This document shows positions 46,956-60,699 of a stretch of 64,000 nucleotides of DNA, in pieces; the first letter of the stretch is position 1, and every line of letters begins with the position of its first letter. The notes under the pieces are model-generated. The model had not been told where the DNA came from. It saw only the letters and a list, made by a program, of their open reading frames with translations, and searched no databases. Source of the stretch: the human T2T-CHM13v2.0 reference genome, Homo sapiens; NCBI RefSeq assembly GCF_009914755.1, contig NC_060947.1. One strand, 5' to 3'. The position numbers were made by a program, and so were the translations under genes.

Positions 46956-49900
46956 GAAGCTGCTAGTATGTACCATTCTCATGAGGAGAAGAAAGAGTGG
47001 CAAGTAAACACTAGCTCTTCAACAGGAACTGTGTCCAGGTGGACACACTAGTATTCATCAAGGAAACAACATGACCCCTGCAGAAAAGGGGAAAGCAAGA
47101 CAGGATAACTGCCCACCTGGGAGAGGCATGGAGCCAGGGAAGGCCCCTCACTATTGGGAAACACTGTGTGCGCAGGAGTCTCTGGGAACCCACACTTCTT
47201 CTATGGACCTTTCAATTCTGAGCTCTGGAGATACTTTGTGACTCACCCCCTCCACCATGGCCTCCAGACTGACACGGTTGTGTAGAATCTGTCTGACACA
47301 GACTGCTATGTGGAATCTGAGCAGAACCATTGCTCAGACACATGCAGAGTCCTGGAATTCTTGGATGCCCGCGCACCCCAGAACAAGTGGCTGCAGCTCC
47401 AGCAATGGGGGAAGTCAGGCTCCCTCACACACCTCCATGAAAGGGGCAAAATCCACAGGGCTGAATAGTAATGGACTCCAGGCCTCACTTCCACTGCACC
47501 TCACAGGATAAGGCCCACTGGCCTGGGGTGCAAGTGAGGCCACCCCGTTCCTGCCTAAGTTCTCAGGCTGGGAACAGCTCTGAACTTCCCTGGGAGAGAG
47601 CTCCCAAGGGAGCAAGAAAGCTTTAACTGTAACTCCAGCAAGCTGCAGCTGCCCTCATGAGAAGACACCAGTCTGCCTTTTCTGAGAGCCCCTGTTTCCC
47701 TGTTCATCACCAGGCAAGGCCCCCTGGCATGGGCCCACAGTGCAGCCACCCAAACTAATAGCCAATCATATCAACGGGTAGCAGCTCTGCCTTTCTCTGG
47801 GGTGGAGCCTCAAGAGACAAGTGAAAGGCCCTCTGTAACAGCCACTGTCAAAGTTTTTTTTTTTTTCCCTGATGCCTCCAAGCTGGAGAAGGAATATAAA
47901 GCCAGAGGTCACCCCAGGGCTGTGGTATGCGGCCCTCCCATGCCAAGCTGAGATCTGCAGCCAGCACCAGAGTGGTGAAACTGCCATCGTGAAATTGTAA
48001 CTGAGACAGTGAAAGAGATCTGACCCCACCAACTTCATCTTTCTTCTAACCTCCAAGCTGTCCTTGTCTCTTCCTGGGCATAGGCTGAACTAACTTTGGG
48101 AGAAATTTAGTTGAATGTTTATAGTTTAAAACAAAAATGATAACAGGCCTTTCCCAAGGCAAATCCCCGTTTTGCCTGGGGACTAGACTGTCTTTGTAGG
48201 ACTAATACATTTGCCACAAGATTAAGAATTACAGTTTAGCAGTCATGTAGCTGGAGGCTACAAGATTCTGACACTCCCTAAACTGCTCCTAAGATAAGTG
48301 CTTAAGATATTTTGCAGACCCTGCACTTGATGGATCAACTGGCACCACTCAGAATGACAAACTAACTCATCTGATCTTGTGGCTCCCCACCCAGGAACTG
48401 ACTCAGCACAAGAAGACAGCTTTGACTCCCTATGATGTCATCTCTGACCTGACCAATCACCACTGCCGGCTCACTGGCTTCCCCGTACCCACCAGGTTGT
48501 CCTTAAAATCCCTGATCCCCAAATGTTCGAAAAGACTGATTTGATAAATAATAAAATTCTGTTCTCCAGCACAGGTGGCTCCAAGTGAATTACTCTTTGC
48601 CTATTGCAATTCCCCTGTCTTGATAAATCGGCTCTGTTTAGGCAGCAGGCAAGGTCAACCCATGGGGCAGTTACAGTGGGAGAGGATTCACACTTTCAGA
48701 GCATTGAGAAGGAGCACAGGTGCAATCATAAGGAAATACAGAGCAGACACCTGGTCGAGCAAGAGCCCAGCTACTGACCATTACACTCAAGTGCCATCTA
48801 CTGGATCACAGCCCAAAATTGAACACCAAAAATCACTTCACCAAATCTTTTTCCTGTGAAACAAAGGACAAGAACCCAGCTACAAATAAAGACCCTGCAC
48901 AAAGCCTTGGATCCCTGAAAATATCCAGAAAATAAGTCAACTGGCTATACTCAAATTACACCACGTTCAAAAGACGATTAGCCCACACAGAGGAGAAAGA
49001 ACCAATGAAATAACTCTGGAAACTCGAAAAGCCAAACTGTTTTCTTTCCTCCTAATGACTGCAGTAATTCCCCAGCAAGTATTCTTAACCGGGCTGAAAT
49101 GACAGCAATAGAATTCAGAATACAGATACAAATGAAAATCATCAAGATTCAGGAGAAAGATAAAACCCAATACAGGAAATATAAGGATTACAATAAAATA
49201 ATACTGGAGCTGAGAGATGAAATAGCCATTATTCATAATGGAATATGAATGGAATATAATTTCATAATTCAATCATCAGTATTAATAGCAGAATAAACCA
49301 ACATGAGGAAAAAAAATTCAGAGCTCAAAGATTGGTTCTCCAAATAAATACAGTCAAACCAACATAAAGAAAAAGGAATAAAAAATAAACAAAACCTTCA
49401 AAGAATATGGGATTATGTAAAGAGACCAAATCTGTGACTCAATGATATACCTAAAAGAGAGGGAGGGAAAGCAAGCAACATGGAAAACATATTTCAGAAT
49501 ATCATCCATGAAAATTTTTCTAACTTCACTTAAAAGGCCAATTTTAAAATTCAAGAAATGCAGAAAACGCCTGTGAGATACTACATAAGACCATTCCTAA
49601 GATACATAGTCATCTGATTCTTCAAGGCTGAAATGAAAGAAAAAATGTTAAATGTAGCTAGAGAGTAGGGGCAGGTCAACTACGAAGGGAACTTTGTCAG
49701 GCTAACAGCAGATCTTTCAGCAGAAAAACTACAAGCCAGAAGAGATTGGCATCCTATATTCAGCATAATCAAAGAAAGGAATTTCCAACCAAAAATTTTA
49801 TATTCAGTCAAACTAAAATTCATAACAGAAGGTATGAAATTTTTTCACACAAACAAATACAAAGGGAATTTGTAACCAGCAGACGAGCCTTACAAGATGT

Positions 49901-52900
49901 CCTGAAAGGAGCATTAAATATGGAAAGGAAAGAATGTTACCAGCCACTACATAAACAGATTTAATTGTACAGACCATTGACACTATATAGCAGCCACACA
50001 AACAAGTCTGCATAATAGTCAGCTAACAACACAATTCCAGGATCAAATTCACACATGTCAATATTAACCTTGAATGTAAATGGGCTAAATACCCAACTTA
50101 AAAGGCATGGAATGGCACGTTGGATAAAGAAGCAGGACACAATGGAAGGCTGTCTTCAAGAAACGCATCTCACATGCAGTGACATCCATAGGCTCAAACT
50201 AAAGGGATGGAGAAAAATCCACCAAGCAAATGGTAAACTGAAACAAAACAAAACAAACAAACAAACGAACAAAAACTAACAGAGACTGCTATCCGAATTT
50301 TAGACAAAACAGGCTTTACACCAACAAAGATTTAAAAAGACAAGGAAAAGCATTACATAAAGGTAAAGGTTTTGATTCAACAGGAAGACCTAACTATCCT
50401 GGCTATATATTCAGCCAACACAGGAGCACCCAGACTCATAGAGCAAGTTCTTAGATATTGTCGAAGAGACTTACATTTCCACACAATAATGGTGGGAGAT
50501 TTCAACACCCCACTGACAGTAGTAGAGAGCTCATCAAGGCAGAAAACTAACAAAGATGATTAACACCTGAACTTGACACTTGACCAAATGGACCTAATAG
50601 ACATCAACATAAATCTCAACTCAAAAATAACATAATTTACAGTCTTCTCATCTGCACATGGCACTACTCTAAAATTAACCACACAATCAGACGTTAAACA
50701 ATGCTCAGCAAATTTGAAGAAAACTGAAATTATACCACCCACACTCTCAGACTACAGTGCAATAAAATAAACAATGAAAATAAGGCAGATATTTAAAAAT
50801 TTTTTGAAAGTAATGAGAACAAAAATACAACATACTAGAATCTCTGGGACACAGCTAAAGCAATGTTAAGAGCGAAGTTTATAGCACTAAATGCCCACAT
50901 GAAAATGTCAGAAACACCTAAAATTAACAACCTAACATAACCCCCAAAGAAACTAGAGAAACAAGAGCAAACAAACTTCAAAGCTTGCAGGAGACAAGAA
51001 ATAACCAAAATCACAGCTGAACTGAAGGAAATTGAGATGCAGAAAACCATATAAAAGATCAATTAATCCAGGAGTTGGTTATTTGAAAGAATTAACAAGA
51101 TAGATAGACCACTAGCTAGGTTACTTTTAAGAGAGAACATCCAAATAAACATAATCAAAGATGACAAAGGACACATTATTATTGACCCTACAGAAATACA
51201 GAAAACTCTCAGAGACTACTGTGAAATCTTCTATGCACACAAGCTAGACAACATAGAAGAAATGGATAAATTCCTGCAAACATAAAACCTCCCAAGATTG
51301 AAGCAGAAAAAAAATGGAATCCCTAAACAGTCTAGTAATGAGCTCTGAAATTGAATAAGGAATAAAATGCCTACCAAGAAGAAAAAACTCAGGACCAGAT
51401 GATTTCATAGCTGAATTCTACCAATTGCATAAAGAAGAGCTGGTGCCATTTCTACCAAAACTATTCCAAAAATTTGAGGAGAAAGGACACCTCCCTAATT
51501 CATTGCATGAGGCCAGCATAATCCTGATACCAAAAGCTCACATAAACACAACAAAAAAGGAAAACTTAAGGCCAATATCTTTGATGAACATACATGCAAA
51601 AATCCTCAAAAAATACTACCAAACCAAATTCAGCAGCATATCATGAAGCTAATCCACCATAATCAAGTAGGCTTTATCCCTGTGATGCAAAATTTGTTCA
51701 ATATATGCAAATCGATAATTATTATTTGCTACAAACAGAACTAAAAACAAAAGCCACATGATCATCTCAATAGATATATCTCTTCATGTCAAGACCTTCA
51801 AAAAACTAGGCAGTGAAGCAACATGCTTCAAAATAATAAAGGCCATTTATAAAAAACCCACAGCCGAAAGCACACTAAATGGCCAAAATCAGGAAGAATT
51901 CCCCTTGAAAACTGAAACAAAACAAGGAGGCCCTCTCTCACCACTCGTATTTAACATATTTCTAGAAATCCTGGCTGGTCAGAGTAATCAAGGAAGGAAA
52001 AGAAATAAAAGGCACCCAAATATGAAGAGAGAAAATCAAACTATCCCTGTCTGCAAGATCATATGATTCTATACCTAGAAATCCCTACAGCCTGTGCCCA
52101 AAAGACTCTTGATGTGATTAAAAAAAATACTCAGCAAGGTTTCAGGATACAATAATGATGTACAAAAATTACTATCATTCAAAAAAAAATCAAAGCCAAA
52201 AGCAAAATCAAAATGCAGTTCCATTCACAGTAGCCACAAAAGTAATAAAATACCTATGAATACAGCTAACCAGAGAGGTTAAAGATCTCTACAATGAGAA
52301 TTACAAAATGATGTTGAAAGATATCGAGAGACACAAACAAATGGAAAATCATTCCCTGCTCATGGATAGGAAATATTAATATTGTTAAAATGACCATACT
52401 TCCCAAAGCAATTTCCAGATTCAATGCTATTCCTATCAAATTACCAATGACGTTCTTCACAGGATTACAAAAAACTGTTCTAAACTTCATATGGAACCAA
52501 AAAAGAGCTTGAATATCCAAGGAAACCCTAAGCAAACAGAACAAAGCTGGAGGCATCACACTACCCAACTTCAAACCATACTACAAGCCTATAGTAACAA
52601 AAACAGCATAGCACGGGTACTAAAATGGACACATAGAACAAGGGAGCAGAATACACACCCAAGAAATAATGCCACACACCTACATCTATCTGATCTTGGA
52701 TAAAGTTGACAAAAAAGCAATAAGGACATTACTCCCTATTTGATAAATTATGCTAGCATCATGGCTAGTTATATGCAGAAGATTGAAACTAGACTCTTTC
52801 TTTACACCATATATAAAAATTAATGCAAAATGGATTAAAGACTTACATGTGAAACCCAAACTAAAAAGACCCTGAAACATAACTTAGGACATACAATTCT

Positions 52901-53085
52901 GGACATAGGAATGGACAAAAATTTTACAACAAAGAGTCCAAAAGCAATTGCAACAGAAACAAAAACTGGCTAATGGAACCTAATTAAATAAAAGAGCTTC
53001 TGCACAGCAAAAGATACTATCAACAGAGTAAAGAGACACCCTCCAGAATGGGAGAAAATATTTGCATCCAACAAAGATCTAATCT
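46956..53085 (+). mobile_element. L1PA15/16-type (L1P4) LINE-1: 5'UTR, ORF1 and most of ORF2; 3' end missing
   Basis: L1P4-like 5'UTR; ORF2 start region SILTLNVNGLN..CLQETHLT (50055), [33 protein letters not shown]; stops after gaatgggagaaaatatttgca. Confidence 0.9.
47976..48675 (+). mobile_element. LTR8 solo LTR inside the L1 5'UTR
   Basis: tgaaactgcc..actgagacagtgaaagagatctgac..gggcagttaca; TG..CA ends; TSD gtgg at 47972-47975 and 48676-48679. Confidence 0.9.
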
Positions 53086-53119
53086 TAAACATATTAATCA
53101 CATTAATTATAAAGTTGAT

Positions 53120-53790
53120 GTCTAACAACTATGATATCTGTATCTTTTGGGATTGTGTTGCTATGATCTGTTTTTTACTTGCTTCTTAGTCTTTTGGTCC
53201 TGTCTTTAATTATGCTTATAAGTTTTTGATTGACTCAATACTTCCGTATGATATATTGAAGAGCTAATTTGAATCTCCAATGTTATGCTTCTCCAAAGAG
53301 AATATGCTTTTGCTACTTGCAAAAAGTTATGGATTAACTTAACAAATTAACTTCATCCAAACATAAGTTACATTGATTATAAGTCTTGTAAGAGTTGGTC
53401 ATTTCTGGTTCCCTCTTACACTTCAGGAGTAGCCTCTCAAGAAATTCAATGAAAAACCTGGGCTGTTTATCAGGATTCTTCCTTCCTGGAAGTCCCTTAA
53501 CACCATTTTTTGGTTTCCCAAACTTTGTAGGTATGCCATCTTCTATACTCATCTCTACTCAGCTTCTATACTCCCTGACACCTACTTTGTTCAAGCTCAT
53601 GAAGCCCAACTCGCTTTGTTTCTCTTCTTCTCTAAAATTTTGCTTCCCCATAATATCTTTGTTGCCCTGGAGCCCTGTGATGCTTTTAAACTAAATTTTT
53701 AAAACACATTTTGTTCATATTTTCTGGTTGCCGTTGGTGAGAAGATTGGCCTGTAGCAAACCACTCCACCATGACTGCAAGCAGAAATCA
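53120..53790 (-). mobile_element. Ancient L1M/L1ME 5' end remnant
   Basis: Revcomp terminus gatttctgcttgcagtcatggtggagtgg resembles old L1M 5' ends. Confidence 0.45.
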
Positions 53791-54184
53791 CCAATCTTTT
53801 CAATTCATCTTTTTAAAATTTTTGTATTCTTTTGGACTTTGAGCCTCCTCCTCTTCCTCTTCTTCTGTTACCTGCCTGACTAATAATTTATTCCTTTCTA
53901 TTTTTATGTCTATTTTTAAAATTCTCTGTTTTCCAATTTTTTTTCAGTTCTCCCATATTTTCATGTTTTTTTTTTCTGGGGGATCTCATCAACTTTTATA
54001 ATTTGAATTTTCATTTGTTAACAAGTGGTTCCCAAATATCTCTAGCTTATAACTGTCTTAACTTTAGAACACAATACCCAACTGTCTAACAAACATCTTC
54101 AACTCTACCCAGGTATTGTACCTCTCAAATCTCCTTCCTGGTCTTTCTTTCTTATTTTGGTAAGTAATCTTTTATAGATTGCAA

Positions 54185-54692
54185 AAAAAAAAAACGCTAT
54201 GATGCTTTATAACACCCTGTATATGTGTCCCTTTTCAATGTGACTTCGCAGCTCCTCCAATCAAAAGATGGAACCTATTTATCTCCTGCTTGAATATGGG
54301 CTTTTTGCTTGTAATTTACTTTGTCCAATAGAAGGTGACAAATAGGGACATATTGTTCGTTATGAGACAAGGTCTGAGGAGGTTGTGCACCTGATTGCTC
54401 TTCTACTCTTTGTACTCTGTCAATGCATCATGCGAATAAACCTGATATAACATGTTAAATGATAAGATATTTTGTGTTTGTTGACACTGCGAAAATTTCT
54501 AATCCTCAGAATCAGTTCCATATAGATTACTAGCAACTGATCACAGGCACATGAGAGAGCCTAACTGATACCTGAAAAGCTTCCCAGCTGAGCCTGTTTC
54601 AAGTTACCAACACACAACATTTTGTGGTAAATAAGTGATCACTTTAGTCAGTAACTTTTTTTTTGTTCTGGAGAAAAAGATTACTGATAACA
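54185..54692 (+). mobile_element. MLT1F/G-like LTR
   Basis: caatgtgacttcgcagctcctccaatcaaaagatgga..ctgcttgaatatgggc..ttcccagctgagcct..gattactgataaca. Confidence 0.7.
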
Positions 54693-55309
54693 TGTCCAAA
54701 CTTGAAACTTTTAGGGCTACAACTTATTGCTCTCATTAGAAACCTCCAGTCACCTTTCAAAGTCTGTTGATTATACCATGGAATCATATCTTACCTATAA
54801 ATTGCTTTACTATTTTCACAGTCCTTCACTCTAAGCCACACTTATCCACACAAATGCTATCTTCTAGTTATACCACACCATTTATCATATTCCAAAATAC
54901 ATCATATACTAGACTTTTGCATCTTTTCATGTTTTTATTTCTTTTTGAAAAGCTATTCTTTTACTATACCTATTATATATACCAATCCCTTTAACATGTC
55001 CTATAATGCTCTATATGAATTGGCATTTTCTCTATTTCAGTTCTCATCTTTTTCTATTCTCAACCTTACTCTCTATGGTACAATCACACTGACTTCAAAT
55101 ATTTCTTAGAATTCTCCAAGCAATTTCTCAGAATAGAAATTTCATGGTTGCTATTTCTTCTATCTAAAATTATTTTACTCTAAATCTCAACATTGCTAGA
55201 TTCTTCTTATCTTTCAGGTATCAGATCGGAAGATTCATCCAAAGAGATGTTTTTGCTGACCAACATATCTCAAATAGTCCAATGTTAAGTTGTATTATTT
55301 GCTGATAAT

Positions 55310-55710
55310 TACTGATGACTGCTCCACCATTACTATGGTTTCCTGCAAGGGGCATATACTTCCTCAATGTATTGCCTTTGGGTTTGACCATGTGAGTTGA
55401 TTTGGCCAAGGGAATACAACATACACCTTGACCAATCAGAAGTTTTAAGTGGGTTTATATGGTTTAGCTTTTTAGCTTTGCCCTCTTTGACTTTGTTCCT
55501 TGTGCCAAAAGGAAAAAAAAAAAAAAGGAGTATGTTGAGGTAGTGGCTACTCATTAAATGTGGATCCTAGAATAAGCAGGAAAATGGAACTGAGTTATGC
55601 TGACCCCAGCAGGTGATCTGTAACTGCCATTTAATGTGAAAAATAGAGTAGAGTTATTATAAGCCAGTGAGATTTGGGGGTTATTGCCATAACAAAGGAA
55701 GACTAATACA
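55310..55710 (+). mobile_element. MLT1 (I/J-like) LTR
   Basis: gaccatgtgagttgatttggccaa..taagccagtgagatttgggggttattg..gactaataca. Confidence 0.65.
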
Positions 55711-56799
55711 GAGACTTATCTTCTGTAACAAATTATTATATTTTGTTACATAATTATCATATGTACAAAAAATACACTTAAAATTTGTCATAAGCTCTGC
55801 TTTTTTCTTATTATCTTAGCTTTTGAAAATATTTCCCATTAAATGGTAAGCTATGTGAATGTAAGGTCACGTCTGTTTACTGTTAGAATTCAGCGTGGTG
55901 CCTAGCCCAAGCTGTCCCTCAGCAATTTTATTTTTAACAAATAAATGGATCCTTTAAGGCTCACCTGTAACAAATGCAGCCTTTATAATTTTCCTCAATG
56001 CACCCTTTATCTCCTCCACTTTTCTTCTTTTCCTCAGTTGAGAATTTTAGCTCTTTTCATAGAACAGATTTTTTATTTTTAGAAAACCACCGGATTATTA
56101 GACACATATTTTAGGATTTGGGAGACAGTTTTATATAATTGTATCATTGTATCACAATTTTATATAATTGTATCATTTTCAACATAGCAATTCATTATAT
56201 GCTTAGCTAAAATAAATTTATCTTTATTATAACTTTTGTAATTCAAAAAAATCTTTGTAAGATTATATGTTCAGATTTTTGATTTGGTAATAATAAATAA
56301 ATATTAATAACTTTTATCATGCAACATTTGACTTTCATTAAAGCATACAAGCAGACATTGACTAAGTGATAGAATGAGCATAGTTAAGTACATGGGTAAA
56401 CTCTGATTATTTGTACTTAGAACTGACATGTTCAAATATACAGGGTAAGTCCAGGGCATGTAAAACCATTAGTGCTATTGATTCTGGCAATCAATAAGGA
56501 TAAAGAAACTCCTACTCAATTAGAAGTAGTGTGGTGTCTTTAATTGTCTTACAATCCATCAGGTTCTCAAAACCTAAATATTCAGCATGTACCTCATAAT
56601 AGCTTCCTTTTTGCTTTATATTATGATTTTGATAATTATAAGTAATTTTACCTCTGTAGTTTCTTATAAGACATTTATAAAATTGTCTTAAATAATATTT
56701 ACTTTTTATATTTTGGGTAGGTTGATTTTTACATAAAAGTTACTTACCTATTTATCAGTCTGTTTTTATAATATATATGAGTTATGTTTTCATAGCCCT

Positions 56800-57340
56800 C
56801 AATGTCCCTCCCCTTTAGCCTGTCCTACACACAGTTTCCACATTTATTTTTCTAAAACATTACCTTCATCATATGAGCACCAATTATGCCCTTAAATAAA
56901 ATCTCAAAAGTATCCCAGTGTATGCAGGACAATGTCAAAAATCCTTCACTGAGTCAGCAAGGTCTTCTATAACCTGGCTCCCCCTTAATATTATTTCCCA
57001 TTTCCTTTTTATTAGCCTCATTGTACACTGAATGCAAACATTCTTAATTTTGAGACCTTGACTTGATTTTTTATTCCACTTCAAATGCCGCCCAAAGTTT
57101 TAACATTGACATATTCAAGTCTCAGCGCTCCTTCAGCATTCAGCCCTCATTATATCCCTCCTCTTCCAGAAAGTCATTTGTCAGTTCTTTGGTACATGGT
57201 GTTCTCTAACTCCTGGATCTTGTTATGTCTGTTAACTTGCAGTTTCATATTGTTTAGCATTGTGTCTTTTCTAAAATTGTTCTTAACTCTTTTAAGGATA
57301 AATTTTTTATGTCCTATGTTGTGTTCTTGTAATGAAATGA
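56800..57340 (+). mobile_element. L2 fragment
   Basis: tttttctaaaaca..aaaatccttca..caaggtcttctataacctggctcc. Confidence 0.45.
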
Positions 57341-57994
57341 TGAAGATTGAAACAGGAAAAAAATGGAATCCCTAAACAGAATTACCACAGAAATTTAGAG
57401 CTCTAATATATCTTAGACAGCATTGAGTTCAATTCTGTAACTTACCACATAAGCTGAGGAGGTCCAATAATATGAAATGACTCCTTGAAGGTCACATGGC
57501 CAATTGCTATACATATTATATGTAAGACTGAGTGATGATGAATGTTTAATACTGTGCATAATTAAAGAAGTAAAGATGTCATAGAAGGTGAAGAGTTAAG
57601 AAAGATGTGGCAAACGAAAGGTAATGAGAATAATGTTACAACATAGGTAATACAAGACAAGTTTATTAGGATCAAAAGAAGATATATTTAACTTAATTAG
57701 GAGACATACATTCTAGTTAGGTTAAGAGAAAATATTAAAGTACAAATGGCACCTAAACCCCTGTCCAATTTCTGACAAGCCTGGAGTGACAGGTATCAGA
57801 GTAATGGTTAAATAATTTTATAGGCCTGAAGCATGGAAAAACGACTGTTATGAATAATCTTTTATTATCATCTCAGTAAATTGTCACTTGATGTTAAAAT
57901 AGGCTCTGCATACTTTTTCATGTCAAAGTTTTGTTATCAGTTTTTGTATTTGCTATTCTTTGTAGGTTATATACATATACGTTCATATGTGTGT

Positions 57995-59300
57995 GCACAT
58001 GCATTCACATTAAATATGTATTTATTAAGCATCCTCTATGAGCCCAGTATTGCTTGGCTCTTGGAATGCATTCATGACCAAAAGAAAAATCATTTCTTCC
58101 CTTTGAGTGCTTTTTTCTAGTGGAAGTAATAGACATTAGTAGCACAATCACACAGATTCATATGTAAACATAAATTGTACCAAGTGTTATAAAAGAGAAG
58201 TGTAGTGAGTGATGAGAGCTAAAAATAAAATGACCTTATCTAGTCTGGAAGGCGTCAAAGGTCAGGAATGTCTTCCCTGTGGAGGCACTGTGTAGGGCTA
58301 TGCATTTACTACTGTATATGTTGGCTTCATGTGCCCAGAGGAAAAAGAGCTGCTTTCTTTCCCCAAAAGTGCTCTCAATTACCAAGCTTTGTGTTAATGA
58401 TACTGTATTCTTGCAGACAGGGTGCCTTTAATTTATACAAAACCTCTGTATAGTCTAGAAGCGGTCCTTCTTTTTTTGTGGAAGTAATTTTTAAGATATA
58501 AATAATTAATGAAAACAAGTAAGTGGCAGAAAAAGAGAAGGCACTCTATGGCATATCCGATGCCCATAAATTACATAAAGGCATTGTTCCTCTGATGGAC
58601 TGAAAAGTATACTCATGTGGTATCGATGGAGTTTGTGAGGAGTATAATGGAGCTAGAAAGGCAGGAGCAAGATGATGCCAAGGCTTTTCATAATAAGCAG
58701 ATCACATTTGATTCTCAAGGCCTGCAAGATGGGCTCCAATGATTCGCAAGCTTCTGAAGAAGTTTAAGCAGGAGACTAATATGATCTCACTTACACTGTA
58801 AAAGAGATAACTCTCTTTGCTCTGTGGATAAATGATTTGATATGGGAGGCTGAGGGATGATTCAGTGGAGCCAATTAGGAAGCTATTGCGGTAGTCCAAA
58901 GAAGAGGTAATGGTAGCCCCACCACTGCAGTGGTGGTGGAGATAGAAAGAGGTGGATGAATATTCAGGAGATATTTAGGAACTGAAGGATCAGTGGTAGA
59001 TTATGTATGACGTAGTAGACTATTTTAATGATGATTCCTGAATTTTTAGGTTCTTCAACCAGATTGATAGTTGTAATATTCACTAATATATTTAATACTG
59101 GAAATAATCTGTTAGGTTTGTGAAAGAGAAAGAAACCGAGAGTTCAGTTTGTTCATGTTGTGGTTGTGCCACTTTTCAAGCTTCCAAATGGACAGGAATA
59201 GTAGGTAATTGAATATGTGAAGCTGGGCCTCTTAAGAAGTCTAGGATGGATTTATAACTTTCTAATCCAGCCTGTATGTAATTGGTAATTAAAGATAGTG
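57995..59300 (-). mobile_element. Long L2 3' fragment (resumes ~60470-60690)
   Basis: cattcacattaaatatgtatttattaagcatcctctatg; ttaggaagctattgcggtagtccaa; gagttcagtttgttcatgttg. Confidence 0.72.
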
Positions 59301-59304
59301 TGAT

Positions 59305-60240
59305 TGTGGTATCCAGCCTCCGAGATGACCTCCAATGTTTTCCACCTTCTACAGTTCACATCCTTGTGTGGTCTCCTTCCACACTGAATCAGATCTGGTT
59401 TGTGTGTCTGACATATTACAAGAACACGTGTCTTCTTAGAATAGGTCATAAAGAGAATTGCTACTTCCACTTTGCTCTCTTAAATTACCATCTCTTGAAA
59501 AAGTCAGCCACCATTCCATAAGAACACTCTATTAGTGGAAGGGTCATGACGTAGACGAACTGAGACATCAACAGGAAGTAATAACATGCCAACAGGGTGA
59601 GTGAGCCCTGGAAATGGATCCTTCAACTTCAGTCAAACCTTTAGATTAATATAGTCCCTGTTCATATCTAACTGTAACCTTTCAAGAACTGTGAAGAGTT
59701 TGGAATTTTACCCTACTTCTAAGATAACAAGTCAGTCAGCCACAGTTTCATAGACCCTGGTGGAAGATATATCACCCAAAAATGAGAGACAAATAACCTT
59801 TTCAGTTATATCACAGAAGGCAACAAAAGCTTCATGCTTGCATCTTGATCCCTTTGTCCCACAGGGATGATGTTATGTTGTCCAGATTAATGCTAAACAT
59901 GCACCACAGCTGAAAAATTCCAAGGTTAATGTAACCTTCCCTTTGCTTTTGAGGTATGTATGTATGTATTATTATTATTATTATTATGGTTTTTAAGCAA
60001 GTTTGCCCTTAGTTCTGGATGTAGACACTCTATCTTCTAAGCCTGTTGGCTCCAAGCATTATTAGAAATATATGTGCAAAAGTGAGAGACACAGAGGGCT
60101 GTTCTGCAACACAATCTCATGAGAAAACAAAGTCAGACCCACAAAGCCAAACCACTCCTAAATTCTGAGGGACACTAAGCATTTACTGCTGTTTTCAGTA
60201 TGAAGATTAGGACTAACTTACCAACTTGTGTAACTAGTAT
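59305..60240 (+). mobile_element. MLT1E/F-like LTR interrupted by another LTR
   Basis: tgtggtatccagcctccgagatgacctccaatg..agtgagccctggaaatggatcctt; resumes ~60113. Confidence 0.65.
59690..60112 (-). mobile_element. Old ERVL-class solo LTR (family uncertain)
   Basis: tgtgaagagtttggaattttaccctactt..aagataacaagt..gccacagtttcat; TG..CA ends. Confidence 0.55.
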
Positions 60241-60269
60241 AATCATAAATAATAAGTAATTTTTTTCTG

Positions 60270-60467
60270 GAAATGGGTCTTAAATTTTCTTAAATGAAAA
60301 AATTGTGAGGGTGATATTACTAAAAAAATTTTTTTAAATGCCTATTTTCATCTCTCACTTGTAGATATTCTAATTGATCAGGTCCGGAGTGGGACTTCAT
60401 AATATGCATTTTGTTATGAGTATTTTTAATGCAGATGGTCAGAGGACCTAATTTTCAGAAACACTAT
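60270..60467. mobile_element. MER5-group DNA transposon
   Basis: attctaattgatcaggtccggagtggga..aatgcagatggtcagaggacc..tttcagaaacact. Confidence 0.55.
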
Positions 60468-60699
60468 ATGGAGAGGAATTACAGTGACAGGAAAAGAATG
60501 ACTAAGACTCATCACCTTGGAACTTCATTATTTAAAGATCAGATAAAGAAAACATGTCATGTGAGAGCAAGGAAGAGCTGTGACAAGGGTATAGGAGAAG
60601 AAAAGTTTGAGAGCAAAATAAAGAGTGTTTTCTCGGGAAGAATGTAATTAGCAGAGTCAAATATTTCTTAGAGATCAAGTACTAATCTGGCTGATAACT

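Larger units (their letters stand above)
53930..55950 (+). mobile_element. L2 (3' part) interrupted by two MLT1 LTRs
   Basis: ggatctcatc..tcccaaatatctctagc; ttcttcttatctttcaggtatcag; terminal tggtaagctatgtgaatgtaagg..gtgcctagc..acaaataaatg. Confidence 0.6.

Noticed and set aside
56129-56177. 20-bp direct repeat ttttatataattgtatcatt
   Set aside because: Small AT-rich slippage duplication with no element between the copies
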